Source: Botryllus schlosseri (lineage: Eukaryota). Taken from it: DNA of 33,000 nt. Of this stretch, positions 10,727-22,169 are shown piece by piece (position 1 is the first letter of the stretch; each line of letters starts with the position of its first letter). The stretch spans positions 4,216,001-4,249,000 of the forward strand of contig CM119376.1 in assembly GCA_051294905.1 (NCBI GenBank), given 5' to 3'. The notes beneath the pieces are model-generated. The model did no database searches. It had not been told where the DNA came from and saw only the letters and a program-made list of their open reading frames with translations. Both the position numbers and the translations under genes were made by a program.

Positions 10727-11021
10727 CATAATTGGTGTTGTATTCCCCGCCGACGCCCGTAAAACCGGCCGCTTGCGACGCCATCATCAACGCTTGCTTG
10801 CACGGGTCCGAAGGCATATAATTCAAAATACCGTCGTACGGATACATCGCAGCAGGATGGTGGTGGGCCGGATGGGCTCCGTGGTAGTAATTTGGCGGAC
10901 AGGTCGGCGTGTTGGCCACGGTGGACGGAGACAACGAGAATTGATGGTGCGAGCGATGGTACAGAGGAGGCGGATACGTGACCATCGATGGCGGTGGTAC
11001 TAATGATTGAGGACTATACAT
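10727..11021 (-). CDS. Uncx: Uncx/unc-4-like homeobox gene, first coding exon (98 codons + 1 nt, MYSPQ...EYNTNY)
   Basis: ATG at 11021 opens a His/Pro/Tyr-rich frame typical of a transcription-factor N-terminus. Donor TATG|GTGAGC at 10727/10726 is phase 1, matching the phase-1 acceptor of the homeobox exon (G|AA = Glu). Joining the two exons is inferred from phase, strand and position. Confidence 0.8.
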
Positions 11022-11839
11022 TTTCTTTTTCTTAACTGCTTTGCTACGGTGTCAAGATAGGTGCCTCAGTTCAATCACGTCGCGAACATAACTCCAATAT
11101 ATGCTATATAGTATATTCCTCTGTATAATGAAACACCGGTTCATTACTGCAGCTGGGCAAAATAATTCAAGTGGAGTAATGAGAAATTATTATTTCGAGT
11201 ATACTGATATTTCACGATTCTTGCCACTAAGCATGAATTTATAAACGATAATTATAGTATTATGTTTTTCGATGTGGGAGGCTGTAAACCCCGACTTGTC
11301 ATATCGCAGCGTATGGAACTTATAGTACAAAGCTATGCACGTTGGTGCAAATGACTTATCTGTAAAGTCGCGATCAAGCCACAGCATTGTCACTAAGTGC
11401 AATGAAATAAGTATGGTCGAAGAAAATACGGAACAATATGTAATGCGATGTAGAACTGGCGTTCTGTTCTTTGCGGTCGCATAAAAGGTACATATCTGGA
11501 ATTTACACATTGTTCATTAATTTGTAACGATATCATGAGTGATATAAGAATACTCTACTCAGAATCGAATATTTCAGGTACAAGGTTTTGCCTTGCCAAA
11601 TTCGCAACAACGCAAATGGAATTCAACGTATCGTTGAACCGCGAAGCACCGTGTCCATAAATTGACCTCCAATCCCTTTAATAACGTTATGATTAAATAA
11701 CTGCGAAGTGCTGCTCCTAATTAATTTAGATTATCTCCCACCTTACCCTTTCCTTTCGCATCTGTAATACTTTCTAATGCCTCGCCGAGCTGATTATGTT
11801 TTCAAGACGTCAAGTAATCGAGTTTGTTAATCTGATCAC

Positions 11840-12090
11840 GCCACGGTTTAAAACACCCAATTATCGTTCCATGGCAACGGCGACTCTACCCCGGCGTTAG
11901 CGCGATCCGGGAGCTAAATACGCCGTTTCTCGCGTGCCGTAAAAGGCCACTCGTGCCGAGAGAACTCAAATCGCCATGACACCCCGACGGATCCGTCTCT
12001 CGCACGGACGCCCGGCGGATAACGCCGAAAATACCCGCCTCTTAATCATCTGCGACATGATATTCTCAAGGCACGAAACCCGCGATGTGT
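11840..12090. promoter_or_regulatory. GC/CpG-rich upstream element of Uncx with RFX X-box-like site
   Basis: Visibly GC- and CpG-rich against the AT-rich background, about 0.8-1.1 kb upstream of the ATG, no convincing ORF. GTTCCATGGCAAC at 11866-11878 is one base short of GTTRCCATGGYAAC. Confidence 0.4.
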
Positions 12091-12653
12091 CTTATCAAAA
12101 AAACTAATTCATCAGTAGTTCTACGACCCGGTAGCAAACTTGATGATATATACGCTCGTGGAACTGCGCAGTTTATCTTCCGCAAGGGATATTATATCAA
12201 TCACTTCTAGCATGCGGTAGCTATTGGGTGGAATGTAAGGGCGATGGCCATTTTGTGTTGCTAAACGCGTATAGGCACAGTGCAATATGGCAGAACGTTG
12301 ATAAGTTAACCGTCAAGTCGTAAAGGTTTGCGTAAAAGTTGAAGATCACCATTGATTTCCGTAGGTTATACCTATCATCTTGATATCTGAAATCGATCAG
12401 ACTCGTAGTACACGGGATAGTTCTGCGGAACCTTACGATATGAGCAGAAACAAAATTCTTCTCATTCGCATTTCAACTCATTTATGACGAATTATTACGT
12501 AAGTTTGAAGCTTGAAAATAATATTCAAGTTGATCGCGTGCAAGACTATAAGAGTATAGCTGATTAGCTATAAATGATGTGATTATGCATTCTGCAATGC
12601 ATGGCGTGCATCAAGGATTATAAAGATTGAATAACATATTCATATTGAAATAA

Positions 12654-12687
12654 ACCCGAATATTTTCGGTTGACACTCATCAGGGGT
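12654..12687 (-). ncRNA. Minimal type-I hammerhead ribozyme motif (copy C1, best preserved)
   Basis: Minus strand reads ACCC-CTGATGA-G(TGTCAAC)C-GAAA-ATATT-C-GGGT. Predicted UUC cut between 12658 and 12657. Confidence 0.72.
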
Positions 12688-12792
12688 AATCGTCAGCAAC
12701 TAGTACAGAGAAGCGGAAAGAACATTGTATATCAACAATCGTAGTACACGTTTACAATGTTCTCACCAATTCTCTGCTAGTTGCTGACGATT

Positions 12793-12826
12793 AGCCCTGA
12801 TGAGTGTCTGCCGAAAATATTCGGGT
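12793..12826 (+). ncRNA. Minimal type-I hammerhead ribozyme motif (copy C2)
   Basis: AGCC-CTGATGA-G(TGTCTGC)C-GAAA-ATATT-C-GGGT. Core intact, one G-G mismatch in helix I. Predicted cut after 12822. Confidence 0.62.
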
Positions 12827-13514
12827 CTATTTCAATATGAATATACTATTCAATCGCACATTGAAGTTCTGTGCCTCCAACAATATCTTCAGATTATAAA
12901 AGTGTATATTATATATATGCGTAATCAATTAGGAACGTTATCAAAATCGAACGGGCGATTACAGCAGAAGATATTAAAATCGCTTCTAAATCCTTGAGTA
13001 CTAAATTCTACTGGACTCGCCAATTTTTTTACCACATATATATATTTAATTCTTTGTAATAGTCATCGCTCTACAACTTTTGCTGCGTTCCGCATTTTTC
13101 TGCGAGATGCCGGGGGCTCGTGCCATATCTATTATGCATTTATCTCCACAAATGATGTTATGGTGCGGATATGACTCTCCACATTACTCGGCATAGAGTA
13201 GGCGTTAATGAATGTTCGGTGATCTATTGTTCCCGAATGGGGAAAATTGCGTTGTGGTAATGTACAGTCGAGCTAAATGAGCCACTGTGAAACGTCCGGT
13301 TACGTCGGCCGGCGATGTAGTGCTGACTTGGAATTTTTGTGGTATGCGCCATTATGGGTGTGCTCTAAAAATAATTTGCTACATCGACTATTGACTCATT
13401 GCTGCATAGATCTTCGATTAGCCACTGACGGATTAATTTACCTCTAAGCTAGCGTATAGATTAGCCATATTGGCGTACTTAAATATACCAAAATTATCTG
13501 CCCAATATCTGTAT

Positions 13515-13625
13515 ACAATATAGATTCATATTGAAATGCACCCGAGTATTTTCGGCTATCACTTGTCAGGGGTGATAGCCAGCAACTAGTAGAGAATCCA
13601 AATGAACTTTGTATATGAACGGTCG
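13515..13625 (-). mobile_element. Hammerhead-repeat family copy D (degenerate); a further 3' fragment lies at about 13800-13835
   Basis: Core reads CTGACAA...GAAA-ATACT-C-GGGT on minus (13540-13573); flanks match the family. Confidence 0.65.
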
Positions 13626-16357
13626 TTGGTCTATACAGTTCCTCCGTCAAGTGGGGCAAGAATAGGGCAAGGTAAAGTTCGAATTTTCTGGTAGTAGCCT
13701 ACATCTATAAATGTTAATAGTAATATTTCAAAATGACTTCCCTGCCATGAGAAGTGTAATATAGTAGATTTATGGAGCTTCTTGGAGGCACAGAACTTCC
13801 TTCATTTCAATATGAATATACTATTCAATTGTATCAGATTTATACTGCGCATTGCGCATATACATTGCGCCCAGCTGGCGTGACACACGTAATGGCTCGA
13901 TGTGGAATTGCAGAATCCTTGGATTTACAGAAGTTGTTATAAACCGGAGTGTCTACCACTGTAACAAAATATGTCTTTCATTGGCCGGGTATAAATGTTA
14001 AAAGTGTTACTGACCAGTTGCTCGGTTAAAATATTCCGAAAGGGTGTATACATCCGTCATCCGGATTACCGACAATAACTATGTCCTTTTCACGACATTC
14101 TCCCCGGTCCAGATGCTCCACATACGCTACAATTGGATGCCACGTTCGTTCATGTGTTCGCGATTCCAAATTCTATAATTTGCCAATCTGGTCATGCTTT
14201 GACCGTGGCTGTATTTTGTATAGCGATTGGTCTCGCGGATCGCAGCTTTCAACACATCCCGTTATGGTACGGTTACCGATACTGAAAGTCAGCGGATAGG
14301 TAGAGAATTATATCGCGCGTATCAGTCTTTCATTGGACTTGATCTGTGATGCCGCTTTTAGTCGGGAACTGATGATGATGTTTTGGTTCCACGCCTTTTC
14401 GTTTAGTCTTCCGCGCGACACGTGCCGTTTGTCAATAGCTACTTAATCAATTCATTCCTAATAAGATCGCAGCAGTCCATATTCTCTAACCCCGACTCAA
14501 TAAATGCGTTATAATCTTAAAGTTAAGTATATAGATTTGTGCAAATAAGATTTCAAATAAGTCGGTCAGTGGCAGGTTTCCTACTGGTTGACAAAATATA
14601 TTAGAATTTTACATCTCAGGTTCAAACTACAAAAAATGCTGACGCTTGTGCATTAATTAGAGAAATGAAACATCAAATTTTGGATTGTTTTAGCAGTTTG
14701 GAATCTATTTTGCTTACGGTGTCATAATAGAGAGCTTATGGTATACTTTGGGTTTACGTCAATGTCGTTTAAGTGTTTTGCCAAACTATTTAAAGGCCAC
14801 GAACTTGATCGTGATTTTTCAGTACAGCATGAAAGAAATTTTGCTTTTCTGTTTGCTATAGCCTCTATGATGTCACAGGACGGGATTTGCCGATTTTTGT
14901 TTAAAATTCTACTTGGAGTTCAGATATAACTTTTAAGAGAACTGCGCGAGCTTCGGCTTGCAGAAACTTCGATAGAATATCGTGTAAATATCTATACTAT
15001 CAAAAAGGCAGTATTGAATGAAGCTTCCAATCTTACATTTTGGTAACATGCATATGTCGTAGTTATACAATGAAGGTTAATCCTGACTTTTGAAGGTTCG
15101 CCGGTCCGTTATATTCGTTTTGCAGTTTTACCGGTCCATGAAGTCAAAAAGGTTGAGAGTCATGCACTGCGACAAAACATCGAGATCTTAGTTTACACTC
15201 AATCCACAGTAAAACGATATCATATGTAATTTTGTACTTGACGGCGACTGCCAGCTTCTTGGGATCCCACGATCGTCAGCTATGAAGCAGTCATAATACT
15301 ACAACCCTTCGGAACAACACACATGCACTTCAAACAAATTTTGACAGAGATCTCTATCACGCGCGTCTGGACAAGGCCGCGATTTCCCGTTATTCTCAAT
15401 ATTCTTTTTTATAACCCCACGATAAGCTTTCTATCAGCGCCCGAGTGAAATGAACCGATTACAAACAATGTCACCTTGTTCGCCAATATAAATTTACACG
15501 AACGAACAAGGAATGAATCCTGGCCGTCTTCATATTCAAGAACATTTCGCGGTAAATAAGTCCGATAAGCTATCAGATTTGAGAGATTTTATACGTTAGT
15601 TGCGTATGATATACTGTATACTGCAACGCGCAACACTTGAATATCAACTTGACCGCGGCGAACTCTTTATACACATTGCAAAGTGATGTTTTCTTGAACC
15701 TGTCCAGTAATATCTAAACAAGTTTACGTTCGCAAAAGTAATTGCACACTTGTTTAGAAACATCGTTATGTAAAAAGTTGTACCTATCATTCAGGATTTT
15801 CTTCAAATGACTCGGTACTACGTCACGGCCGCTTTAGTTTTGCACGGGCGCGTAATTTCTCAGTATAATTTAACACAGGAACGAAACGATGCCATCTCGC
15901 AATATTTTGAATGGGTGGTCTATTATTTCGTTACCATTCGTATTGACACAATAGTGTAAGTTTACTCGACTTCAAAAATTTGATACATGACGTTCTTTTG
16001 TGGGTTTGGACCCACTCGGAAAAAGTATCATATATTGAGCATCGCCAAAATTGCTTTTCCATTGTACGGTAACAGTTGATACAAAAAATTGAGTGCTTCA
16101 ATGAAATCGCGATCCGGAGTCTTTGTCCGGACAATTACTGTGTAATTTGTGTTAAATCGCGTGTACGTAAACAATGTTTTACGCATAAAGGGGCGGGTTC
16201 AATGTACCAGGTTCTGTTACCGTCTATCGTTTCACTTGTACTCTTGAGCAAACGGTCGGTGTATTGATAGCCGGCCATTGCTCGGCGGGTAAGCATCGAG
16301 TTCGTGAACCGGTGCTAAAATGAGATATTCCAAATGAATAATATGACGCTTCAATAC

Positions 16358-16780
16358 CAGTGTTGGACAATATAAAATTTTAACCTTTTCAAAATTAGAT
16401 TAGAATTGAGATTATAGCTACACAGTTTTTTTTTCAAATTAAATTCCAATTAGACTTATTGAATTTGCAATAACGTTGAAATTGAACTATACCTTTCGAA
16501 TTAGAAAGACATACACGAAAAATCAAGTTCACTTAGTATCAAATCAAATTCTGCTCCCATATGCACGAGAATGGCAAATGTATGTACGTACACTTGTACA
16601 GTGTACACCAAGATCGGCTTCTTTCGCACTATACAATTCTCGTATATAGCATTTTCAGGAAAACCAGTAATTAGATTGACACTGAAATTCGACCACAAAA
16701 TTAGATAGGAATTGGATTACCGCCACTTATCTCCAATTAGTATAATTATACAAGCAGAATTATCCAAGTGTCCAAGTATA
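16358..16780 (+). mobile_element. AATTAG-array hAT MITE copy
   Basis: Ends CAGTGTTGGACAA / TGTCCAAGTATA; TSD TTCAATAC/TTCAATAT (7/8); family core present. Confidence 0.75.
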
Positions 16781-16800
16781 TTCAATATACTTTATACAGG

Positions 16801-17028
16801 CTCGGCGAAAATGTGGATATAAAAGCTACCGGTGTGTCAATAGCCAGTGCCGGGAAAAGATCTGTCTTGAGGGATTACAATACTTGTAAAAATTGGCACG
16901 GAAGTTCTTCATACACATATGGATGTGGATGCGGATCTTATGTTCATGCCTTGCAGGCGTCTCGTCGTATGTCGTGGAAGAAAACTATATCGTACCACGC
17001 CCAATGCGATGTAATGCCTACTCACTAA
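16801..17028 (+). other. Possible unannotated coding exon (LGENVDIKATG...CKNWHGSSSYTYGCGCGSYVHAL...SYHAQC)
   Basis: Good acceptor TACTTTATACAG|G and a frame open to the stop at 17028 with Cys/Gly/Tyr/Trp-rich content. Family not recognised. Confidence 0.22.
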
Positions 17029-17158
17029 TATATCCTATATGCAATGCGCATAGCGATAGCCAGAATGTGGCAAGATACAACTCTGATTTCAAAATGGGAC
17101 TTCATCTCTATTTGCGTGACAAGGTATATTACGTAGTGATTACTCTGATATAATAGAT

Positions 17159-17824
17159 CAGGGGTGGCCAGCCTCTTCGGCCAAAGGGCCACATGAGATT
17201 TTCGAACCATTGCGCGGGTCACTAACGTGGATGATATTTTTTAGTCGTCTGATAGAGCGAACCGAATTGAAAACAAGATATATATATGATTACGTATTAA
17301 AATTGATAACAATTATGACATGTAAACACTGTGCGCATTCATCTCTTGGCCTCGCAAGGCACTAAATATTTTCAAAGCTCATGAATTAATTCGGTCAAAA
17401 ACACTGTTACTGGCATACATTTCGGGTCGCATCGGTATACCGCTGTTCCCATATGGCGAGGACAGGATTATTCGGCTCGCGGACATATCAATATCGAAGA
17501 TTTCGGCGAACATGCATGCGGCTAAAAGCAAGAAATCGAGTTACAATAAATCGCGCGAATTTGCCACGAAATATTCTACTTTATGGTCATACACGAAGAT
17601 TTACGAATGTGGCTGGACCCTCGCTACGTCAGTGCGTCGGAACTGATATTTTAGTCATCGCAATGTCCCAAATTTTGCTTTCAGGCTAATAAAACTTTTG
17701 GTTGGCCTCGCAAGTTCACAATAATTATCCCTGGTAATTTATTGTTTGATATTATAACTAATTTCGAGAAGTACTTTGCGGGTCACTCAAAACCTTCTCG
17801 CGGGCCATGGGTTGACCGCTCCTG
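17159..17824. mobile_element. hAT-Charlie-like MITE (666 bp)
   Basis: Ends CAGGGGTGGCCAGCC / GGTTGACCGCTCCTG; perfect 8-bp TSD TAATAGAT. Confidence 0.85.
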
Positions 17825-18152
17825 TAATAGATCAATCATTCAATCGATCAACCGATCAATCCGGTTTAATTTACCCTCTCCAAATGTATAAAACATAGTA
17901 TGAATATAATGTGGACGGTACATTTAAAGCTTATGAAATGTCATACGCCAGGGTTATACTCAAATACTGGACCGCCTCACTCCGTCTCAGAATTTACTTA
18001 TTTTTTTAACAAAGACAAATCCATTATCGTTGATTCGCAAGAGCAAAGATCTAAAGAACCAGTAAGAAAGCTATGACTAATTACAAAACTCTAACACATT
18101 TCGCTTGATGGTTTTGCTAATATCGCTTTACCGGATTTTCTATATCGTTTTA

Positions 18153-19065
18153 CCGTATTACCATATCAGGAGATCCGGAAAGAGGACACTTTCTGCAAAT
18201 CACTAAATTTATAATATCGGGCGAGAAAACGGGTAATTTGAAAACCGTTACAGGAAGTACTGTTGCGTTAACTAAATAAGGTCATTTTTACAACTTGACC
18301 CCTAAAAGACCCTCTCGAACAGGGTTGTAATGACTCGAGTCATGACTCGACTCGAGTCAGACTCGAGTCACTATTTTCGGATGACTCGACTCGACTCGAG
18401 TCATTTTCTCAAAATACGGAAATGACTCGACTCGACTCGAGTCAATCACAGATTGACTCGACTTGGACTCGAGTCATTGCGCATGACTCGAAGCAAGTCA
18501 TTGACTCGAGATTGAGACGGCGAAGACCAACATTTCATTGTAATTTCGTTTGTTGGTACTGGTGCTTGAAAATGCGACCAGAAACTGCTAAAAGTGAGGA
18601 AAATTTATATATCATAAATGCGAACCATTCAATATCACCAAACAGAGTTTAAAAAGTGGGTTTAGGAAGATTTTAACTGGAAACTGAGCAGTCAACACAA
18701 TGACTTGGACTCGGACTCGAGTCATACAACCATGACTCGGACTCGATCCTCTGTTCGCTGACTTGGACTCGGACTTGACTCGGTGGGAATTGAAAATGAC
18801 TCGACTTGAGTCGAGTCAAAAATAAAAAAGTGAGATTGACTTGTGACTCGGAGCCTTGTGACTTGGTTACAACCCTGTTCTCGAACGTCATGATTCCAAA
18901 TCCTGCGTAATCTATGGCGCTTTCCTGTAAAATCGCCTGCCTGTCTAAGCTATAAAGGAGGACGAATTGCCAAAAAGAAGGACATTTGGGCGTACTCGGA
19001 GGATATTCTTGATTTCCTGAAAATGGAGGACAAATACTCCTCAAGGAGCACGTATGGTAACCCTA
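18153..19065 (+). mobile_element. GAGGACA-motif hAT MITE (TAGGGTTACCATA-type ends, Blackjack-like) interrupted by a nested MITE
   Basis: Left ...TTACCATAT...GAAAGAGGACAC, right GGACATTTGGGCGT...GTATGGTAACCCTA. Without the insert it is about 350 bp, similar to the 29565 copy. No clear TSD. Confidence 0.6.
18320..18877. mobile_element. GACTCG-array hAT MITE (558 bp)
   Basis: Perfect 11-bp TIR CAGGGTTGTAA, TSD CTCTCGAA/TTCTCGAA (7/8), dense GACTCG/CGAGTC arrays. Confidence 0.88.
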
Positions 19066-19198
19066 GTATTATATCTATATGATTGTAAATTATTCCGGGG
19101 AAGTCATAACGGACCCAAACAAATTTTAGACTTTTGCGACTGCACTTTGCTAAAAATAGGCGGGCAGCCCAGCCGTACACGATACGTCGAAAAACCAT

Positions 19199-19478
19199 GT
19201 GGCGAGATAGCGTTGGGGTATGATTCACCGCTGCAATATCCATGGGTTGTGCGTTAGAGTCCGACCGCAGTCGACTCCAGAATTCCTGCCTAAGTGTTGG
19301 AGGTTTATCTAGGCTCCTCGTCACCACGTGATCCACGCAAGCGGTTTCCTTTAAAAGGCCTAGAAGTGGGACGTGCTACAAGTCGATAAATACGGAATAA
19401 AAAAATAAAGAGTATCGGCCTGGTGTAAAATGGCCAATGTCGTCTAAACACCGTGAGTATCAAGCAAACAATCAAACA
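19199..19478 (+). mobile_element. tRNA-derived SINE copy
   Basis: Aligns end to end with 10103-10365 (GTGGCGAGATAGC...GACTCCAGAATTCCT...TCGGCCTGGTGTAAA...CAAACA). Confidence 0.72.
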
Positions 19479-19752
19479 TGAAAGAGCCATTTTGCTTCGC
19501 AAGCCCGAAGTTGATGCAAAGTCAATGGCTTAAAATATGTTACCCAGCGTACAGCGTTATCTTGTAGACTAAATGTCGAATTGTTACAAAGAAATCGTGG
19601 CAACTTAATGTTCCGAACAAATGCGCGTAACTTGTGATGAGTGCGCACTGCGCATTTCATGCATTGCATGTATTGAGTGCAATAAGCCTATATTTCCCAG
19701 TGATATTTGGAAAGTTATGGAGAAAATTGTTGCCAAGGCAGGAGTAAAGATC

Positions 19753-19935
19753 CGTAGGTGGTCGGTAATGAAGGACTTCCTACTTTTCCGAAGTACTCTA
19801 GTAGTTTTCCTCTACTTCTAGTATACTTACTCAAGTAAATCTGATTTTTCGCTACTCCTACTTCGTAATATTTTGTGATTTACTCACTTTCTTATCGTTA
19901 TTTACAATTTATAAAGTAGAAGTATTATATTCTTC
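19753..19935 (+). mobile_element. Truncated left end of the AAGTAG/CTACTT-array hAT MITE family
   Basis: Aligns with 26125-26300 (GGTGGTCRGTAA...GAAGTACTC...TACTTCGTAATATTTTGTGAT). Confidence 0.7.
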
Positions 19936-20238
19936 CAATGATAAAGAGAGAGAAAGGTAAAATTCAAAGACTGTTGAAACTTTGTTGTACTTTCTGGTAT
20001 TAACCGATAGCACGCGTGTAACTTTGTAATATATGTTTCGTATGCTGCTCTATGAATATGACCAATCAAGGTTTCGAGGCTTCTACAGTCTAAAAGCGAA
20101 ATTATTATTTCCGTTTATAAAATCACTTTTAGTGGCAAGGAGCGTATAATTTCAATACTGGAAAAATTATATCCCATAACACGACTGAATCACTAGAATT
20201 AATACTATATATTAAGATTCGAGCCCGAATCAATTGGC

Positions 20239-20315
20239 CAGTGGTTCTCACTTCTCAACCAGCGTGCCACGACACACTAGTGTGCCGATTGGACTGGTCA
20301 GGGTTGCCACGAGAA
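20239..20315 (+). mobile_element. Charlie-like MITE left-end fragment
   Basis: CAGTGGTTCTCA...AACCAGCGTGCCACGACACACTAGTGTGCCG; no matching right end found. Confidence 0.45.
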
Positions 20316-20954
20316 AATGCGGTAAACAAGGTCGGCGTACAACAGAAATTTAGGAATCCAAATTCTGAGTGTAACATAACCGGTTGTTATATTATTTACC
20401 CGCTCAAGGTCAAGATAAACAATGAACAATGCTATGCAATGAACACGGAGGGAATCATCAATGATATTGCGACTACAAACTGTACACTGTGAATTAAACT
20501 CGCACCTCCATCGCATGAGTTGTCATGACAGTGGTCTGCGAAACGTGCAGCATATACCAGAAACTGTCCAACATATTCTACTGACGTGTCCTCGATACGA
20601 TCACCAGAGACAATATCTAAAAAATGTAGCTTAACGTAGCAGTGTGAGCTTCAACTTGAAACGTCTGTTATCTGATCCGCGCATGGTTATTCCGATCGTA
20701 GAATTTGTTGTATTGTGTAGACGTATCTGATTTAACTATACCTCCCTCAGGCCTGTTGCACAAGACCTTAGTAGTCGAGCACCATAAAACCAATTATACA
20801 TACATATGCAATTAACAGCGGGATGTCGAGACGACGAACTACGGTTTCTCAATGTGGCATCGCCTCAAAATGTCAGTGTTCGATCGTAATCTTACTTTTT
20901 TAGGCTGCCCTGGTCTTTTCGTTATTTCCCGTATAGATTGATAGGGTATTTCTC

Positions 20955-21275
20955 TGTTTTTTGTTTGTTTGTTTGTTGTATAACCGCCGTGATCACAGCG
21001 ACTTGGGGGGAGGGTCTCAGATAAATCGGCGATTAACGATCTTGGCAAACCTTCGCCATCTATGGTCAATGGTCATTTTACAAAAGACCGATACTGCTTT
21101 TTATGATTTCTGAGATACCTACTTATAGCACGGTTCAGTTTCGCTCCAGACTTTTTGTACGGCACCGCTTATACAGATTGGATGGCGAGGAGGGGCCTCC
21201 AACCTCCGACACTTAAGAAGGGATTCTGGAGTCAATCTCGGTCGGACTATGCAACCCGCGACCCATTTGTTTTAC
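20955..21275 (-). mobile_element. 5'-truncated SINE copy with a different, longer 3' tail ending in (CAAA)n
   Basis: Minus strand reads AGTCCGACCGAGATTGACTCCAGAATCCC...GTATCGGTC..TGTAAAATGACCATTG, then about 100 nt not seen in the other copies, then ACAACAAACAAACAAAC. Confidence 0.68.
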
Positions 21276-21692
21276 AACGTTGCAACATACCGCTACGCTA
21301 CTCACCACTCTGGGTAGCCGCGAACTATTTTTTTTCCCTTTGAGAGGGTCCCGCGAGGTCGCAAAAATATTTTTCACGATATCGCCGCTATGCCATTCAC
21401 GTTTTGTACATACTACATACATACATTTCCCAGGGCAATAAAGGCCCTTTACATCAATTCTTCATATCCCTGGCCCAAGCAAGTACAGCATCCCGTAAGT
21501 GCAACAGTGTACTACAGTAAGGGGGTTTCCGAATCGTTGTTTTCGTTACTAACGTCCTTTGAAATATTGACATTCGTTCGCCTTCTATATTATTCTGGCA
21601 ATACGCCCCTGATTGCAGCGTTGAAATTGATAGCATTATTATTTTGACGAACTCAACTAAGTGGGATTTCGAATCAGAAATGTATCAAGAGG

Positions 21693-22169
21693 CAGGTTTG
21701 CAATGACTCGAGTCGCACTTCCATATTGACTCAATTTGACTCGATTCATTTTCTTAAAAACGGACAATGATTCGAATCGACTTAAGCCAATTTGTGCACT
21801 GACACGACTTGTAGGCGAGTCATTGCACGTGACTCGACATTTTGATTAATTTCTTGAAGAATAGGCGCATAAACCCAGTTGTATCTGTTTGAATAAACAT
21901 GTTGAGAATGAGAAAAATGAGCATATTATGAATGCGATATCTTCGATATCAACCAAGAGTTTCACAGAAGTCAATTGCACCCGTTTTCATCTCAATAATG
22001 AACACTGAAGTCTGTGACTTCGATTTGGGCTCGAGTCTCATGACTCGGACTCGACCCGTTGCTCCCGACTTAGACTTAGACCTAACTCGGCGGGAATTGA
22101 AAACGACTCGATTTGACTCGAGGCAAAACTATAAAAGTCATATTGATTTGTGACTTGATTATAACTCTG
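21693..22169. mobile_element. Older GACTCG-array hAT MITE copy (477 bp)
   Basis: Ends CAGGTTTGCAATGACTCGAGTC / TTATAACTCTG; TSD TCAAGAGG/TCAAGAGA (7/8). Confidence 0.8.

Larger units (their letters stand above)
12625..12855. mobile_element. Inverted pair of hammerhead-bearing repeats (Penelope-like pLTR/retrozyme type)
   Basis: Arms 12625-12729 and 12753-12855 are reverse complements with scattered mismatches, separated by a 23-nt spacer. No TSD seen. Confidence 0.7.

Noticed and set aside
10695-11003. Arg-rich 102-aa plus-strand ORF
   Set aside because: Antisense shadow of Uncx exon 1.
18330-18870. Regular short repeats as a CRISPR-like array
   Set aside because: Eukaryotic context, 5-6-bp degenerate units with no unique spacers, bounded by TIR and TSD.
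18422-19044. ORFs 18422-18652 and 18673-19044
   Set aside because: Lie mostly in GACTCG MITE arrays and the flanking transposon.
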